Notes: generated by a model from the letters alone, not told the origin. Positions 19,201 through 28,154 are shown, counted from the stretch's first letter. The stretch is 32,225 nucleotides of DNA from Chlamydiota bacterium (GCA_037133055.1 JBAXOY010000022.1:1-32225); one strand, 5' to 3'. Numbers and translations: made by a program.

Positions 19201-19300
19201 GTTCTCCACCGCGCTGACGCTCTTCGTCGTGCCCTGCGCCTACGAGATATTCTCGAAGCTTGAGCGGCAACCCTCCGGCGCCCCGGGGAAAGAGGCCTGA
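16199..19300 (+). CDS. RND efflux transporter permease (AcrB/MdtC-like, HAE1)
   Basis: MTLSDLSIKRPVFA start, PDIDFPVV, proton-relay motifs GIVVDDAIMVLENI and GIVKKNSILLVDF, RLRPILMTS. Confidence 0.96.
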   Translation: MTLSDLSIKRPVFAWMLMIGIIVFGAIGFRNLGISQLPDIDFPVVTVAVTWEGAAPEVMETDVTDIIEDAVMSVEGIKEVTSVSIQGQAQITIEFNLNRNIDVALQEVQTKIAQAQKNLPRDIDPPVVTKTNPEDQPILFLALSGDRPLKDLVYYINDTLKDSFTTVEGVGEVRLMGFVDPNLRVWLDAKKMRAQQLTVEDVLGAISLQHADLPAGYIDSGPREINVRVYGEVTTAGQFEKIVIPERIREGPIWKSLRIGDVGTVDDGLADIRRISRSWGKLAIGLGIVKQRNTNAVAVADAVHRRIAEMETRLPPGMHINVVFDSSQFIRDSVHELNYVLILSVILTSLVCFFFLGSWSATLNVLLSIPTSLMGAFLVIYFAGFTINTFTMLGLSLVIGIVVDDAIMVLENISRYRERGLPRVEAALVGAREITFAAMAASIAILAIFVPVIFMRGIVGRFFFQFGVTISVAVMFSLLEALTIAPMRCSQFLQVGHTTAVGKRMDAFMGWFTRGYRAALALCLNHRIKVSAAAVVIFALSLPLASLLKKEFVPSQDQSRFIARLTLPLGSSLENTDAVFKKAEEFLMKRPEVATIFSAVGGGGGGQIKVNQGMIYITMKPRRERPRIGGRYVTQQDFMETVRKGFNSIPGVERAVIQDLSLTGFTAQRGFPVEFTIRGPDWATLGTISKEMIAQMRKSGALTDIDTDYQSGMPELQIRPDRLKAAEHGVSILSIADTINAMVGGIRQGKFTGHGKRYDIRVRLAEADRSSPKDIQNMWVRNHFGEVLPLSQVVTATVEPTLYSITRKNRERAISVYANAAPGHSQEEGLDTVQKIAKKVLPDQYRVVFSGGSQAYKESFQSLIYALILGIFVAYMVLATQFNSFVHPFTVLLALPFSVTGAFLALFASGNSLNLYSMLGLILLMGIVKKNSILLVDFTNVRRAQGMGIRQALLDACPVRLRPILMTSVATVAAAIPEALAIGSGSEIMVPMAVAVVGGVAFSTALTLFVVPCAYEIFSKLERQPSGAPGKEA

Positions 19301-19320
19301 TGTTTCACGAGGCCAGAAGG

Positions 19321-22230
19321 TTACTTTCCCCCCTCGGCTTTCAGCAGTTCATTGGATTCCCGGTAGTACGAGAATGCCTTCCCGTAGTCCCGGTCATTAA
19401 GGCAGACCCTCCCCATGAGGTAGTAGAATTTCGCCTTTTTGTCGCCCGTCATGCGCGCGCATTGCGTTAATTTCTCTATCGTGTCAGGGACCAGTTCAGG
19501 CTCGAGAAAAGAGCGGAGCATGAAATAGTTCTTGAGGCGGAGGGCGGCGCAGAGCTCCAGAAGCTTGAATCCCCTGTCGCCGGCGCGGATGTGCTCTTCC
19601 ACCTCACGGATCTGCGCCTGGAGGGGCGCAAGATCCGAGGAGAGATACGCGAGGAGGGCCGCCCTGTCCCCCGGCGTTTTCCGGTTCAGCGTGTCGAGGG
19701 CGGGGAGGGAGAGATACGCGTTATACCCGCCCCGCTCATTCTTCAGGAAGTTGAAGAGGTTCCACAGATTATCGCCGGATATCCCATGGGCGCGGAGGTA
19801 GGGTTTCAGCAGCAGGTCGTATTTCTCGGGGGAGAATCTCCTTTCATCGAGATGCTCCAGATAGGTTTTGACGAACGAGTCCGTATAAAGGGCGCGGGCG
19901 GCACGGTACTCCAGGAGGGGGGCATATTCGCTGTTCACGGCGCGCTCGCTGTGCACCGAACCCCGGATATTCGCGTCGGAGCCGATCTGAAGGCAGAGGA
20001 GGGTAAAGAGGTCGTTCACCCCGAACCGTGCCAACTGCTCCCTGACCGGCGGAAGGGCCATGCGTAGTTCTGACTCCCCGAAATCGGGTTTCAGCCCGTG
20101 TCGCGTTCCCAGGAGGAGCACGTTGTTCCCTGTCACTTCCCAGAGCGTCACATTGGGGAAGACGGAGCAGTATGTCTTCACGATCATTTTGAAGGTGTCA
20201 TCGTCCATTTCGTAGGTGTGGACCCATTGGGCCATCACCCCGTCTTCCCTCAGCGCGGCCAGGCATGCCCTGAAATGCTCTATGGAGAACAGGTCTCCCA
20301 CGCCGCTCATCCACGGGTTGGACGGCTCCGAGATGATGAGATCGTACTTCCTCCCGGTCCGCCGGATGAACGTTCTGGCATCCTCGATGAAGAGGCGCAG
20401 CCGGGGGTCCTTCAGCACGTGGTGATTCTCCGGGGCAAAATACGCCGCCGCCTCGACGACTTCCGAGGAGAGTTCAACCATATCCAGGCTCTTCACCGGG
20501 AAGAGCAGGGCGGTGCCGCCGGTAACCCCCGCGCCAAGCCCTATGACCATTATCTCCCCGGCCGGCGGCGCAAGCAGCAGCGGGAGGGCCGCCAGGAGGA
20601 CCTGCGTCGGCATGTCGCCCCTCGTGGAGGCGTCCGCCTTGCCGTTTACATAAAGGAAGCGGTATCCCTCGGATTCGACAACGGCAACGCTCGCGTTCAG
20701 GCCGTCCTTGTAATAGAGAACCTTCTTGCGTCCGGTGACCGAGGCGGGGGAAAAATCGTCGGGGGGGTTTTTCAGCCTGAATACCTGGGAGGTAAAGCGC
20801 GTCTTGTTCCATTCCGGGATCAGCGTTGCGGAGGCGACGCACGCCGCGCAGCACGCCAGGCAGAAGCCGATTTTCCGCCTTGGCGAAGGGCCGCGGTCCA
20901 TGCAGACGAGGAGAATGCCGAGCCCCAGATTGAGTATGATCCCGAGCTCCAGCGTCGGTTGCAGTCCCATGACGGGGATGAGCACCAGCCCGGTCGCCAG
21001 CGCCCCCAGGATATTTCCCGCCGTGTTGAACGCGAATACCGTTCCGACATTCCCGCCGAAAAGTCCCGGTGTCCGCGAGGCGAGTATGCAGACGAGCGGG
21101 ACCGTCATGCCGAGGAATACGGTCGGGGGGAGCATCACGAGGAGAGAGACGCCGAGCTTCGCCCCTTCATAGAGCATGAAGGTTTCGGGCCGTCTCGAGA
21201 GAAAATCTGAGAGCCTCAGGAACAGGTGCGGGAGCTTCTCATAGAAGGGGATGGATACGATGAGAAACAGGCCGATGCCGGCCTCGCACACGCCGAACAG
21301 CCAAAGGGCGGCGCGCTCCTCCGGCGCGGATCTGGAGATCAGGAAGGAGCCGAGCGTGATCCCGGAGATAAACGCGGCGAGCATCGCCGAGAATGAATAG
21401 GTCGAGGAGCCGAGGACAAGGGAGAGAAGCCTGACCCACACGAGCTCGTACAGCATCGCGGTCATGCCCGATACGAAGAGAGCGCATAACGCGACCGTGA
21501 TGAACGCCCCGGGGTACGCGCCTCGCGCGCGTCCCTCCGCCCCCCGGCCGCGCCCCTCGTCATCCGACCACTGCCCCAGGACCGGCCTCCCGCAGCACAG
21601 CCTTATGCCCAGCACGGCTGCCGCCACGAGGAGGTTGAGGCACGCCGCCATGACGATCGTGAGTCCCAGCCCGAAATGGCTGATGAGGTAATATCCGCAT
21701 GCGAGGGTCCCCAGCACCGCCCCGCAACTGTTGCTGTAGTAGATCCGGGCTATCGTCTTCCCCCTTGAAGCATACGAGGTTGTCATCGCGGCGCTCAGGA
21801 CCGGGAGGGTTCCCCCCATCAGCAGTGTGGGCAGGAGCATGATCGAGGCCCCGATCGCGCACATGACGACCGTGAGGACCGGAGAGTGCGGAGGGTAGCT
21901 TCCGGCCGCCGCCAGATAGAGGGTCCTCGAGAGCGCGAAGATCCGGGGCGTCAACATACAGAAGAAGGCGATGCCGATCTCCGCGCACGCGTAGAGTACG
22001 AGCTTCTCCCGAATCCTATCGGCCAGCCTCCCCAACAGGAAGCTGCCCAGCGCCAGGCCCCCCATGAAGGTGGCCAGCACGACGGTGTAGGCGTAGGTGG
22101 TATTCCCGAACGCTATGGAGAGATACTTGGCCCATACCACCTCATACACAAGGCCGGAAAACCCGGAGAAGAGGACGCAGACGTAGAGGAGCAGGTGTGG
22201 TCCCCTGCGGGCCATGACGGGCACTGACAT
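19321..22230 (-). CDS. Fused membrane domain / spermidine synthase-like SAM-fold protein with a C-terminal TPR-like tail
   Basis: Duplicated SG..L.YE.VW membrane repeats; IGLGAGVT, VELSSEVV, EDAR and YDLIISEPSNPW motifs. Start at 22230 or 22215. Confidence 0.9.
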   Translation of the reverse strand: MSVPVMARRGPHLLLYVCVLFSGFSGLVYEVVWAKYLSIAFGNTTYAYTVVLATFMGGLALGSFLLGRLADRIREKLVLYACAEIGIAFFCMLTPRIFALSRTLYLAAAGSYPPHSPVLTVVMCAIGASIMLLPTLLMGGTLPVLSAAMTTSYASRGKTIARIYYSNSCGAVLGTLACGYYLISHFGLGLTIVMAACLNLLVAAAVLGIRLCCGRPVLGQWSDDEGRGRGAEGRARGAYPGAFITVALCALFVSGMTAMLYELVWVRLLSLVLGSSTYSFSAMLAAFISGITLGSFLISRSAPEERAALWLFGVCEAGIGLFLIVSIPFYEKLPHLFLRLSDFLSRRPETFMLYEGAKLGVSLLVMLPPTVFLGMTVPLVCILASRTPGLFGGNVGTVFAFNTAGNILGALATGLVLIPVMGLQPTLELGIILNLGLGILLVCMDRGPSPRRKIGFCLACCAACVASATLIPEWNKTRFTSQVFRLKNPPDDFSPASVTGRKKVLYYKDGLNASVAVVESEGYRFLYVNGKADASTRGDMPTQVLLAALPLLLAPPAGEIMVIGLGAGVTGGTALLFPVKSLDMVELSSEVVEAAAYFAPENHHVLKDPRLRLFIEDARTFIRRTGRKYDLIISEPSNPWMSGVGDLFSIEHFRACLAALREDGVMAQWVHTYEMDDDTFKMIVKTYCSVFPNVTLWEVTGNNVLLLGTRHGLKPDFGESELRMALPPVREQLARFGVNDLFTLLCLQIGSDANIRGSVHSERAVNSEYAPLLEYRAARALYTDSFVKTYLEHLDERRFSPEKYDLLLKPYLRAHGISGDNLWNLFNFLKNERGGYNAYLSLPALDTLNRKTPGDRAALLAYLSSDLAPLQAQIREVEEHIRAGDRGFKLLELCAALRLKNYFMLRSFLEPELVPDTIEKLTQCARMTGDKKAKFYYLMGRVCLNDRDYGKAFSYYRESNELLKAEGGK

Positions 22231-22366
22231 ACTCGGTCTATCCCCTCCGCACTTCACGGTTGTGCGCCCCGCCTCGGGTTTCAGCGGGTGTGCGCGGACT
22301 GATTGTACTTCACTCGTGCCGCCTCTGCTATATCGAGAAGACGCCCGCATCCCCTCAAACCTGATC

Positions 22367-23632
22367 CTATCGGGGAATCAGCTCCATTATTTTGGACGCC
22401 TCGCCCCCGCTCCTTATAATCTGAGAAATCCACTTGAGATACGGCGAGATATGCGTGAAATACTTCTTATAGCCCGCGCAGAGGTAGTTCAGGCCGGGCT
22501 CGCCGTCCGGCGTCGTCATGAACCGGTGCTTGCAGCACTCACCGCGGCACGCCGCGAGCACGGGGCACTCGCGGCAAAGCTTCGGGAGCGCGCGCTCCTT
22601 CGCCTCCCCGAAGGCGGCCTGGCCGGGCGACGAAAACATCTTCCCGAGGTCTTCGCGGAGGATGTTGCCGAGGAGGTAGCCGGGATAGACGTAGTGGTCG
22701 CAGGAGTAGACATCCCCGTTGTGCTCTATCACGGCGCACGTGCCGCACTGCGGCATGAAGAAGCAGGCGTGGGGCGGGAGGTTCATCCACGAGCTGAGCG
22801 CCCACTCGAAGTTCATCACGAAGACCGAGCCGACGTCCCTCCTCACCCACTCCTCGAATAGGTCGATGAGGAACTGCCCGTACCCCTCCGGCTCCACGCT
22901 CCACGGCGTTACGGCGACGTCCTCCTCCCGCCCCCGGAGCGAGGGGGGGACCCCCAGGCGGATGCCGAGGCGCCGGGATTCGGGCCCGGGCGCCCGCTCG
23001 ACGACCGGGATGAACTGGATGAACTGCGCGCCCGCCCCGCGCAGGAAGCGGTACACGTCGAGCGGCCTCCGGGAGTGCGCGCGGGCGACGACGGCGAGGA
23101 CGTTGAACTCCACGTGGTGCTTCTTGAGGAGGTCCATGCCGCGCATGACGGAGCGGAAGGTCGGCGCGCCGCCGCGGTCCAGCCGGTGGCGGTCGTGCAG
23201 GTCCTCGGGGCCGTCGAGGCTCAGGCCCACGAGGAAGTTGTGCGTTGCCAGGAACTCGCACCATTCGTCGGTGAGGAGCGTTCCGTTCGTCTGGAGAGAG
23301 TTGGTTATCCGCTTTCCCCCGCCGTGCTTCTTCTGGAGATCGAGCGCCGTGCGGAAAAAGTCAAGGCCGAGAAGGGTCGGCTCGCCCCCCTGCCAGACGA
23401 AGGGGACCTCTGGAATCGGCTGCGCGCGGATGTACTGGCGGACGAACGACTCCAGCACCTCGTCCGTCATCCGGTAATCCTTGACCCGCGGGTACAGCGC
23501 CTCCTTTTCCAGGTAGTAGCAATACTCGCAGCGGAGATTGCAGGCGGGGCCGACGGGCTTCGCCATTACCTGGTGCCCGCTCGCGATGTAGCGCACCCTC
23601 GGCGCCGGACGCACCTCGTGGATGGGGGTCAT
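22367..23632 (-). CDS. Anaerobic sulfatase maturase (radical SAM/SPASM, AslB/ChuR family)
   Basis: KPVGPACNLRCEYCYY (CX3CX2C), WQGGEPTL, QTNGTLL, SLDGP, SPASM cysteines (GDVYSCDHYV; CRECPVLAACRGEC; NYLCAGY). Start at 23632 or GTG 23692. Confidence 0.95.
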   Translation of the reverse strand: MTPIHEVRPAPRVRYIASGHQVMAKPVGPACNLRCEYCYYLEKEALYPRVKDYRMTDEVLESFVRQYIRAQPIPEVPFVWQGGEPTLLGLDFFRTALDLQKKHGGGKRITNSLQTNGTLLTDEWCEFLATHNFLVGLSLDGPEDLHDRHRLDRGGAPTFRSVMRGMDLLKKHHVEFNVLAVVARAHSRRPLDVYRFLRGAGAQFIQFIPVVERAPGPESRRLGIRLGVPPSLRGREEDVAVTPWSVEPEGYGQFLIDLFEEWVRRDVGSVFVMNFEWALSSWMNLPPHACFFMPQCGTCAVIEHNGDVYSCDHYVYPGYLLGNILREDLGKMFSSPGQAAFGEAKERALPKLCRECPVLAACRGECCKHRFMTTPDGEPGLNYLCAGYKKYFTHISPYLKWISQIIRSGGEASKIMELIPR

Positions 23633-23688
23633 GTCATGCCTGCCGGGGATGATGTCGTTCCTGACCCGGTTCGAGCCGCCGGGATCGC

Positions 23689-25287
23689 TCACTCGTCGCG
23701 TTCCGGTGCCTCCGTGCGCGCCGCCAGCCCCGGTGTTTTCGTGCCGGTTGCCGCGACCTTCTCGATGGCGACAAGTCTAGGGGTGTGGAACGCCTTCTCG
23801 GAAAGCGGGCTGTGCGCGCGGAAATAGTCGCGCAGCATATCCCTCGCGATGATGCGGGTATCGACAAGATCGCGTCCCTTTGCCACGAGGGTATTGATAA
23901 AACCCCACTTCACCAGATACGTATTGACCGCCACGCGGTACGTTTCATCGTCGCGCATATCCGACCCGCCGCACTTGACGGTCACTATTTTCCTGCCCCC
24001 CGGGGACGCGGGGTCGTACTCAACCGTGAGCCCCGAGAACCTCAGATTGTCCGGGCGTCGGAAGGAAAGGACCTTCTCCAGTATCTCCCGGATCTGCGCG
24101 CCGGTGAGTGCGACGGTCCAGAGCGTGTCATCAAAGGGGAGGATCGTGTAGGCGTCGCGGTATCTGATGGTGCCTTTGAGCAGGGGGCCACGGATGCCGT
24201 GCCTCTGGTTGAAGGAGATCGGGGCTCCGGTCGCCTCGCGCATGCCGTCGGCGATCATCTCGCCAAGCATGGCGACCCCCTCCCGATCCTTAAAAAAATC
24301 CGACTCGGAATACCCGATAACCTCATCGAAACGCTTCCCGGTCACCGAACGCCACTTGTCCACGACCGCCCCCGCCGCGGCGTCGGGGGGACACCGCCCT
24401 TCCACAAGGGGGATGAGCTCGTAGCGGTACTTTCCCGCCCTGCCCGTCCGGGGACTCGTCGCCAAATCGAGTTTGCCCAGGTACTTCCCGTAGCTCCCCG
24501 CATGGCAGATGAGAGTCCCGCTGTCAGAGGAGCGGAAGGGGCTTTTCAGGATCACGTGGTTGTGGCCGCCGAGGATCACGTCCAAGCCATCGACCTCGCG
24601 CGCGATCTTTTTGTCGGCCAACAGCCCGAGGTGGCTCACGAGAATGGTGCAATTGACCCCCGCGTGCCTCAGCTCCTCCAGGGACTCCCGCACATACTCC
24701 TCCGGCGCCGCGCAGACGATCCGACCCTTCCCGCCGGGCAGCTCCTGCGGCGTCGAATCCTCCAGGGTGATTCCTATCACACCCACCCGCAACGGGCCGC
24801 ACTTCTTGATGATATGTGCGTGCAGGAAACCCGGCGGCGCGCCTGTTTCCGGGTTGATCACGTTCGCCGCCAGGAAGGGGAAATCGGCGCGCTCCGCGAG
24901 CGCCATGAGGTTTGAGACGCCCCCATCCCAGTCATGGTTGCCCACGGCGAGGGCATCATACCCCACCACGTTCATCAGTTCTATCAGCGCGGAGCCCTTT
25001 GAGATGTCCCCCTCGGGGGTCCCGAGATAGAAGTCCCCCGCGTCCAGAAGAAGCGTGGGGACACTCTTCCTGTTGTTATCCTCCCGTATGGCGTTCACGC
25101 ACCCCGCGAGGACCGCCGAACCTCCGAGCCGCTCATTCCACCCCGCGACCCTCTCGGGCACGATGTGGCCGTGGACGTCGCTCGTGTGGAGGATGCAGAG
25201 GGATGCGTTTCCGGCGGGCCCGATGCCGCGGCACCCGGCGCACAGGGCGAGCACGAGAAGGAGCAGACGGCGTAATCGCGCATTCAT
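23689..25287 (-). CDS. Bifunctional metallophosphatase / 5'-nucleotidase, probable lipoprotein
   Basis: ILHTSDVHG, DAGD, GNHDWD, LVSHLG and GGHNH motifs plus a C-terminal 5'-nucleotidase domain (GIRG, ILPFDD); lipobox-like LCAGC. Confidence 0.93.
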   Translation of the reverse strand: MNARLRRLLLLVLALCAGCRGIGPAGNASLCILHTSDVHGHIVPERVAGWNERLGGSAVLAGCVNAIREDNNRKSVPTLLLDAGDFYLGTPEGDISKGSALIELMNVVGYDALAVGNHDWDGGVSNLMALAERADFPFLAANVINPETGAPPGFLHAHIIKKCGPLRVGVIGITLEDSTPQELPGGKGRIVCAAPEEYVRESLEELRHAGVNCTILVSHLGLLADKKIAREVDGLDVILGGHNHVILKSPFRSSDSGTLICHAGSYGKYLGKLDLATSPRTGRAGKYRYELIPLVEGRCPPDAAAGAVVDKWRSVTGKRFDEVIGYSESDFFKDREGVAMLGEMIADGMREATGAPISFNQRHGIRGPLLKGTIRYRDAYTILPFDDTLWTVALTGAQIREILEKVLSFRRPDNLRFSGLTVEYDPASPGGRKIVTVKCGGSDMRDDETYRVAVNTYLVKWGFINTLVAKGRDLVDTRIIARDMLRDYFRAHSPLSEKAFHTPRLVAIEKVAATGTKTPGLAARTEAPERDE

Positions 25288-25294
25288 GCCGTGG

Positions 25295-25322
25295 ATACTA
25301 CTATATCCGGGTGCCGTATGAA
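25295..25322 (-). promoter_or_regulatory. Putative promoter implying a leaderless 5'-nucleotidase mRNA
   Basis: Minus strand TTCATA-N16-TAGTAT-N7-ATG, with no Shine-Dalgarno. Confidence 0.35.
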
Positions 25323-25456
25323 CAGTTATCATAGGTGATGGTGAGAACGCCCGGATATAGATATTTCATCCCCCTCACACTTGTGGTACGCTCAACTGAA
25401 TGGAGGGCGGATGAGACATAGCCTCATCAGTCGGTGTCAGGAGAAGGGGGAGGGGT

Positions 25457-25690
25457 ATGTGGTGGCTGGTTATCATACTCGCTTTCGTAGCGGTCCTGAT
25501 GGTGGTCAATAACCGCATGGGCGGTGCCTGGATCAGGAAGATCGATGCGGTATTGCTCCCATTGTGGCTGATAAACCTTGTCGTCATATTCCGGATGATG
25601 GGGTGGAGATACGGGGTGCTGGGCATCGTGATTTCAATCGCGCTTGAACCTTTCGTCATGAAGTATCCCGCCGGTCCGTCGGCGAAGTGA
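25457..25690 (+). CDS. Small membrane protein (77 aa, about 3 TM segments)
   Basis: Strong GGAGG RBS; hydrophobic sequence; its 3' part is duplicated downstream. Confidence 0.65.
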   Translation: MWWLVIILAFVAVLMVVNNRMGGAWIRKIDAVLLPLWLINLVVIFRMMGWRYGVLGIVISIALEPFVMKYPAGPSAK

Positions 25691-25692
25691 CC
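25593..25692 (+). repeat. 100-bp direct repeat, copy 1 (uninterrupted; empty site for the 197-bp element)
   Basis: GGATGATGGGGTGG...GCGAAGTGACC is identical to 27897..28201 once the insertion and one CGTCATGA are removed. Confidence 0.95.
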
Positions 25693-25915
25693 AGAACACC
25701 ATCAGGGTCAAGCATCGTGGGCGCATTTGGAACTCTCTGCCCGGCGCCCGCCCCCGAAACCAGGGATATCTTTAGCGCATTGGATACGCTGGCCGTGGCT
25801 GTAGGGGGTATCTCCCGGCAGGTGCGGGAACTTCTCCCAATGTGAAAATCGGATCGAGAGAGGGGGATTCAGCACCATAACAAATTTCAGGCCTCGACTA
25901 TCGACAGAGCGGAAA

Positions 25916-27508
25916 ATGATACCACAGTGCCCTCGGGTTGCGCCGGCCGCGCTCTTTATCCTGACTCTTATGGTCGCCTCGCTTTTCGCGGTCATTGGAG
26001 TGGATCCTCATCACGACGGCGTGATGCTGAAGCAGGCAACGGATGTCGCGGGAGGCAGAATCCTCTTCAGGGAAGTATTTACCCAGCAGGGAGCGCTCCC
26101 TGTCCTCATCCAGGCATTGAGCATGGTGTTGTTCGGCAGGTACCTGATTGTCGTACGGTTGAGCGCGGCAGTATTCTATGCGCTGACATCCCTGGCGCTG
26201 TGGCATGCATGGGCGAAGATACTCCCCCGTTGGGCGGCCACCGCCTCGTGCATCATCTGGCTCCTCATGGCGCCCTACTATACCCGCCTGTTCATGCCAT
26301 GGCCCTCTGTATACGCATTGCTGTTTCAGGCGCTTTCCCTGTGCCTGCTGCTCGCCTCCCTCGATCGCGCTCATCGGGGCTGGCTTTTTGCGGCGGGGGC
26401 AACGTCCTGCATGGCATTCTGGTGCAGACAACCGGTCGGGATTCTTCTCGGACTGGCAATACTCGTCGTTTTGGTTATTCTGAGTGCGGCAAGGATGACA
26501 CCCCGCGGAGGGTGGCTGAAAAACACCGGTGTTTTTATGTGCGGCTGGCTTGCGGTGAGCTCCGCATTCCTCGCATGGCTTTCTCTCAGCGGCGCGCTGC
26601 GGGATTGGTGGCTGCAAACGTTTGTCGCAGCGCACGCCTTCGCGATGAAGTATGGCGGAGGCGGTACGGTGTATGCCGTCATGCGGGCGCTCCTTACGCG
26701 CAACGGTTCATGGAGGCCGGACGGGGCGCTGCTCTGGCTCCTGCTCCCGCTGGCGTGTGTGCTCCTTTTTGTCGTCGCGTGCTACGAGATAGGCGTCAGA
26801 AGGAAGACCACCCCGGCGAATGCGCGCGTGCTTGCGGTGTCGGCCATCGGTATCGCCTCCTGGTTCCAGTACTACCCGTTGCCGTGCGCGCGCCACGTCT
26901 ACTGGGGAGCGACACCGATGGTCGGACTGTATCTATACCTCCTGATCGTGCTGTGGCGAGGAGAGAATGCTTCCGGCATCAGAGCGTCCTGCACATCGCC
27001 TAAGACCCTTTGCGCACTACTTGTCACACTATGCATGACTGCGCCGCTCGCGGCCTGCATCGTTTCCAATATCAGGGCGGGTATCCTCACACTGCAGCGC
27101 GCAGCGACGGAGTGTGTAACCGTTGAGTATCCCCCCGTGCTGAGGAGGATGAGGGTGCCGCGGGCGGCCGCGGCGGTCTATGCCGATGCCGCCCGCACAA
27201 TCAATGGGTATTTGGACTCGCATCCCTCGACACAGTTTATCACGCTGGGACAGGATGCTCTTTATCTTGTGTTCACGGAGCGGACACCGAAGGTGCACCC
27301 GATGTATGTCAATTGGCGCTGGATAAACCGAAGCGTCTACCCTGACTACAGGCGGACAATGACCGGGTATATCCATGAGCACAAACCGCTTATCCTGTCA
27401 TACCGTCCGAAGCTGGAGGGGTATTACACCCTTGCGATTTTTGCAGGCGGTAAAGCCTTCCTGCTGGCACCCGTTGACAACGAGGAGCCTAGGAGCCTGT
27501 CCGAGTAA
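25916..27508 (+). CDS. Polytopic membrane protein, probable GT-C fold (ArnT/PMT-like) glycosyltransferase
   Basis: Many TM helices, an acidic first loop (VDPHHDG...LFREVFTQQG), FWCRQPVG and a soluble C-terminal domain. The stop codon is supplied by a MITE. Confidence 0.65.
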   Translation: MIPQCPRVAPAALFILTLMVASLFAVIGVDPHHDGVMLKQATDVAGGRILFREVFTQQGALPVLIQALSMVLFGRYLIVVRLSAAVFYALTSLALWHAWAKILPRWAATASCIIWLLMAPYYTRLFMPWPSVYALLFQALSLCLLLASLDRAHRGWLFAAGATSCMAFWCRQPVGILLGLAILVVLVILSAARMTPRGGWLKNTGVFMCGWLAVSSAFLAWLSLSGALRDWWLQTFVAAHAFAMKYGGGGTVYAVMRALLTRNGSWRPDGALLWLLLPLACVLLFVVACYEIGVRRKTTPANARVLAVSAIGIASWFQYYPLPCARHVYWGATPMVGLYLYLLIVLWRGENASGIRASCTSPKTLCALLVTLCMTAPLAACIVSNIRAGILTLQRAATECVTVEYPPVLRRMRVPRAAAAVYADAARTINGYLDSHPSTQFITLGQDALYLVFTERTPKVHPMYVNWRWINRSVYPDYRRTMTGYIHEHKPLILSYRPKLEGYYTLAIFAGGKAFLLAPVDNEEPRSLSE

Positions 27509-27771
27509 TGGATCTCGACGCGTTTCGAGCGCCGGGCGGCCGGATGCAAGGCACGGCGACGAAGGCGATGTCCTGCCCATCGTCGAGGAAGCCGTAACGC
27601 CGCAGACGGCTGCCCGCCGCCGAAACCCTCCGGGCCGCCGCCGGTTACGTCGCGGCTCTGCGTTGCTTCGGCCTCGGCGTACGGCGCTGAGTACGCCTTC
27701 GGCCTCGCGCCTTGATCCGCTCGCAAGCGGCAGGCGGCGCGACAGAGCCCATTACTCGGACAGGCTCCTAG
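27489..27771. mobile_element. Non-autonomous MITE (~280 bp) bounded by CTAG
   Basis: Perfect 23-bp inverted ends CTAGGAGCCTGTCCGAGTAATGG / CCATTACTCGGACAGGCTCCTAG; internal inverted blocks (CAAGGC/GCCTTG, CGAAGGCG/CGCCTTCG). The right-end 19 bp is tandemly repeated at 27772..27790. Confidence 0.85.
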
Positions 27772-27978
27772 TACTCGGACAGGCTCCTAGTATCGTGGTC
27801 CCGAAATAACGTGAAATATTCCGTGTCATCTCTGAAAGCGCGCGTGCGCTCGCAATGACGGAACATCATGTAAGGGAATTCTGAGATGCAACGCTAGGAT
27901 GATGGGGTGGAGATACGGGGTGCTGGGCATCGTGATTTCAATCGCGCTTGAACCTTTCGTCATGAGTAACTGCTCAGG

Positions 27979-28020
27979 ATCCAGAATTCAGGAGTCAGAA
28001 TTCAGGAGTCAGAAGTCAGG
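27979..28020 (+). repeat. Heptamer tandem array (6 units) inside the left end of the element
   Basis: ATCCAGA ATTCAGG AGTCAGA ATTCAGG AGTCAGA AGTCAGG. Confidence 0.9.
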
Positions 28021-28027
28021 AGTTGGA

Positions 28028-28154
28028 ATAAGGACGCCCGCGGCGACATTTGAGGGCCTGGGACACGGCGAGGTTTCCGAGTTAATTCAGCACGCTACTG
28101 GAAGTGTATGCGCGATCCATTCTGGATTCTGGCTCCTGGCTTCTGACTACCTGA
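28028..28154 (+). pseudogene. Internally deleted four-helix-bundle protein gene (TIGR02436 / 23S rRNA IVP-like)
   Basis: AGGAG RBS then ATA-RTPAATFEGL joined to GHGEVSELIQH, then LLEVYARSILDSGSWLLTT* in a shifted frame. These resemble the two ends of this family as recalled. Confidence 0.55.
28121..28148 (-). repeat. Inverted heptamer array (4 units) inside the right end of the element
   Basis: Minus strand AGTCAGA AGCCAGG AGCCAGA ATCCAGA. Confidence 0.88.

Noticed and set aside
31..24915. Many long overlapping ORFs (e.g. 31..1995, 3311..5806, 7187..8599, 16121..17776, 17272..18768)
   Set aside because: Arg/Gly/Pro-rich or antisense shadows of recognisable genes, as expected in high-GC DNA.
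25383..25442. Second attC-like hairpin upstream of the small membrane gene (ACTGAATGGAGGGC...GCCTCATCAGT, GTCAGGA)
   Set aside because: No R'' box complementary to the putative R'; too weak to call.
27849..27860. CTCGCAATGACG, resembling one arm of GTCATTGCGAG-type palindromic repeats
   Set aside because: Only one arm and one occurrence in the window.
27979..28148. CRISPR array
   Set aside because: The repeats are contiguous 7-mers without spacers; no cas genes.
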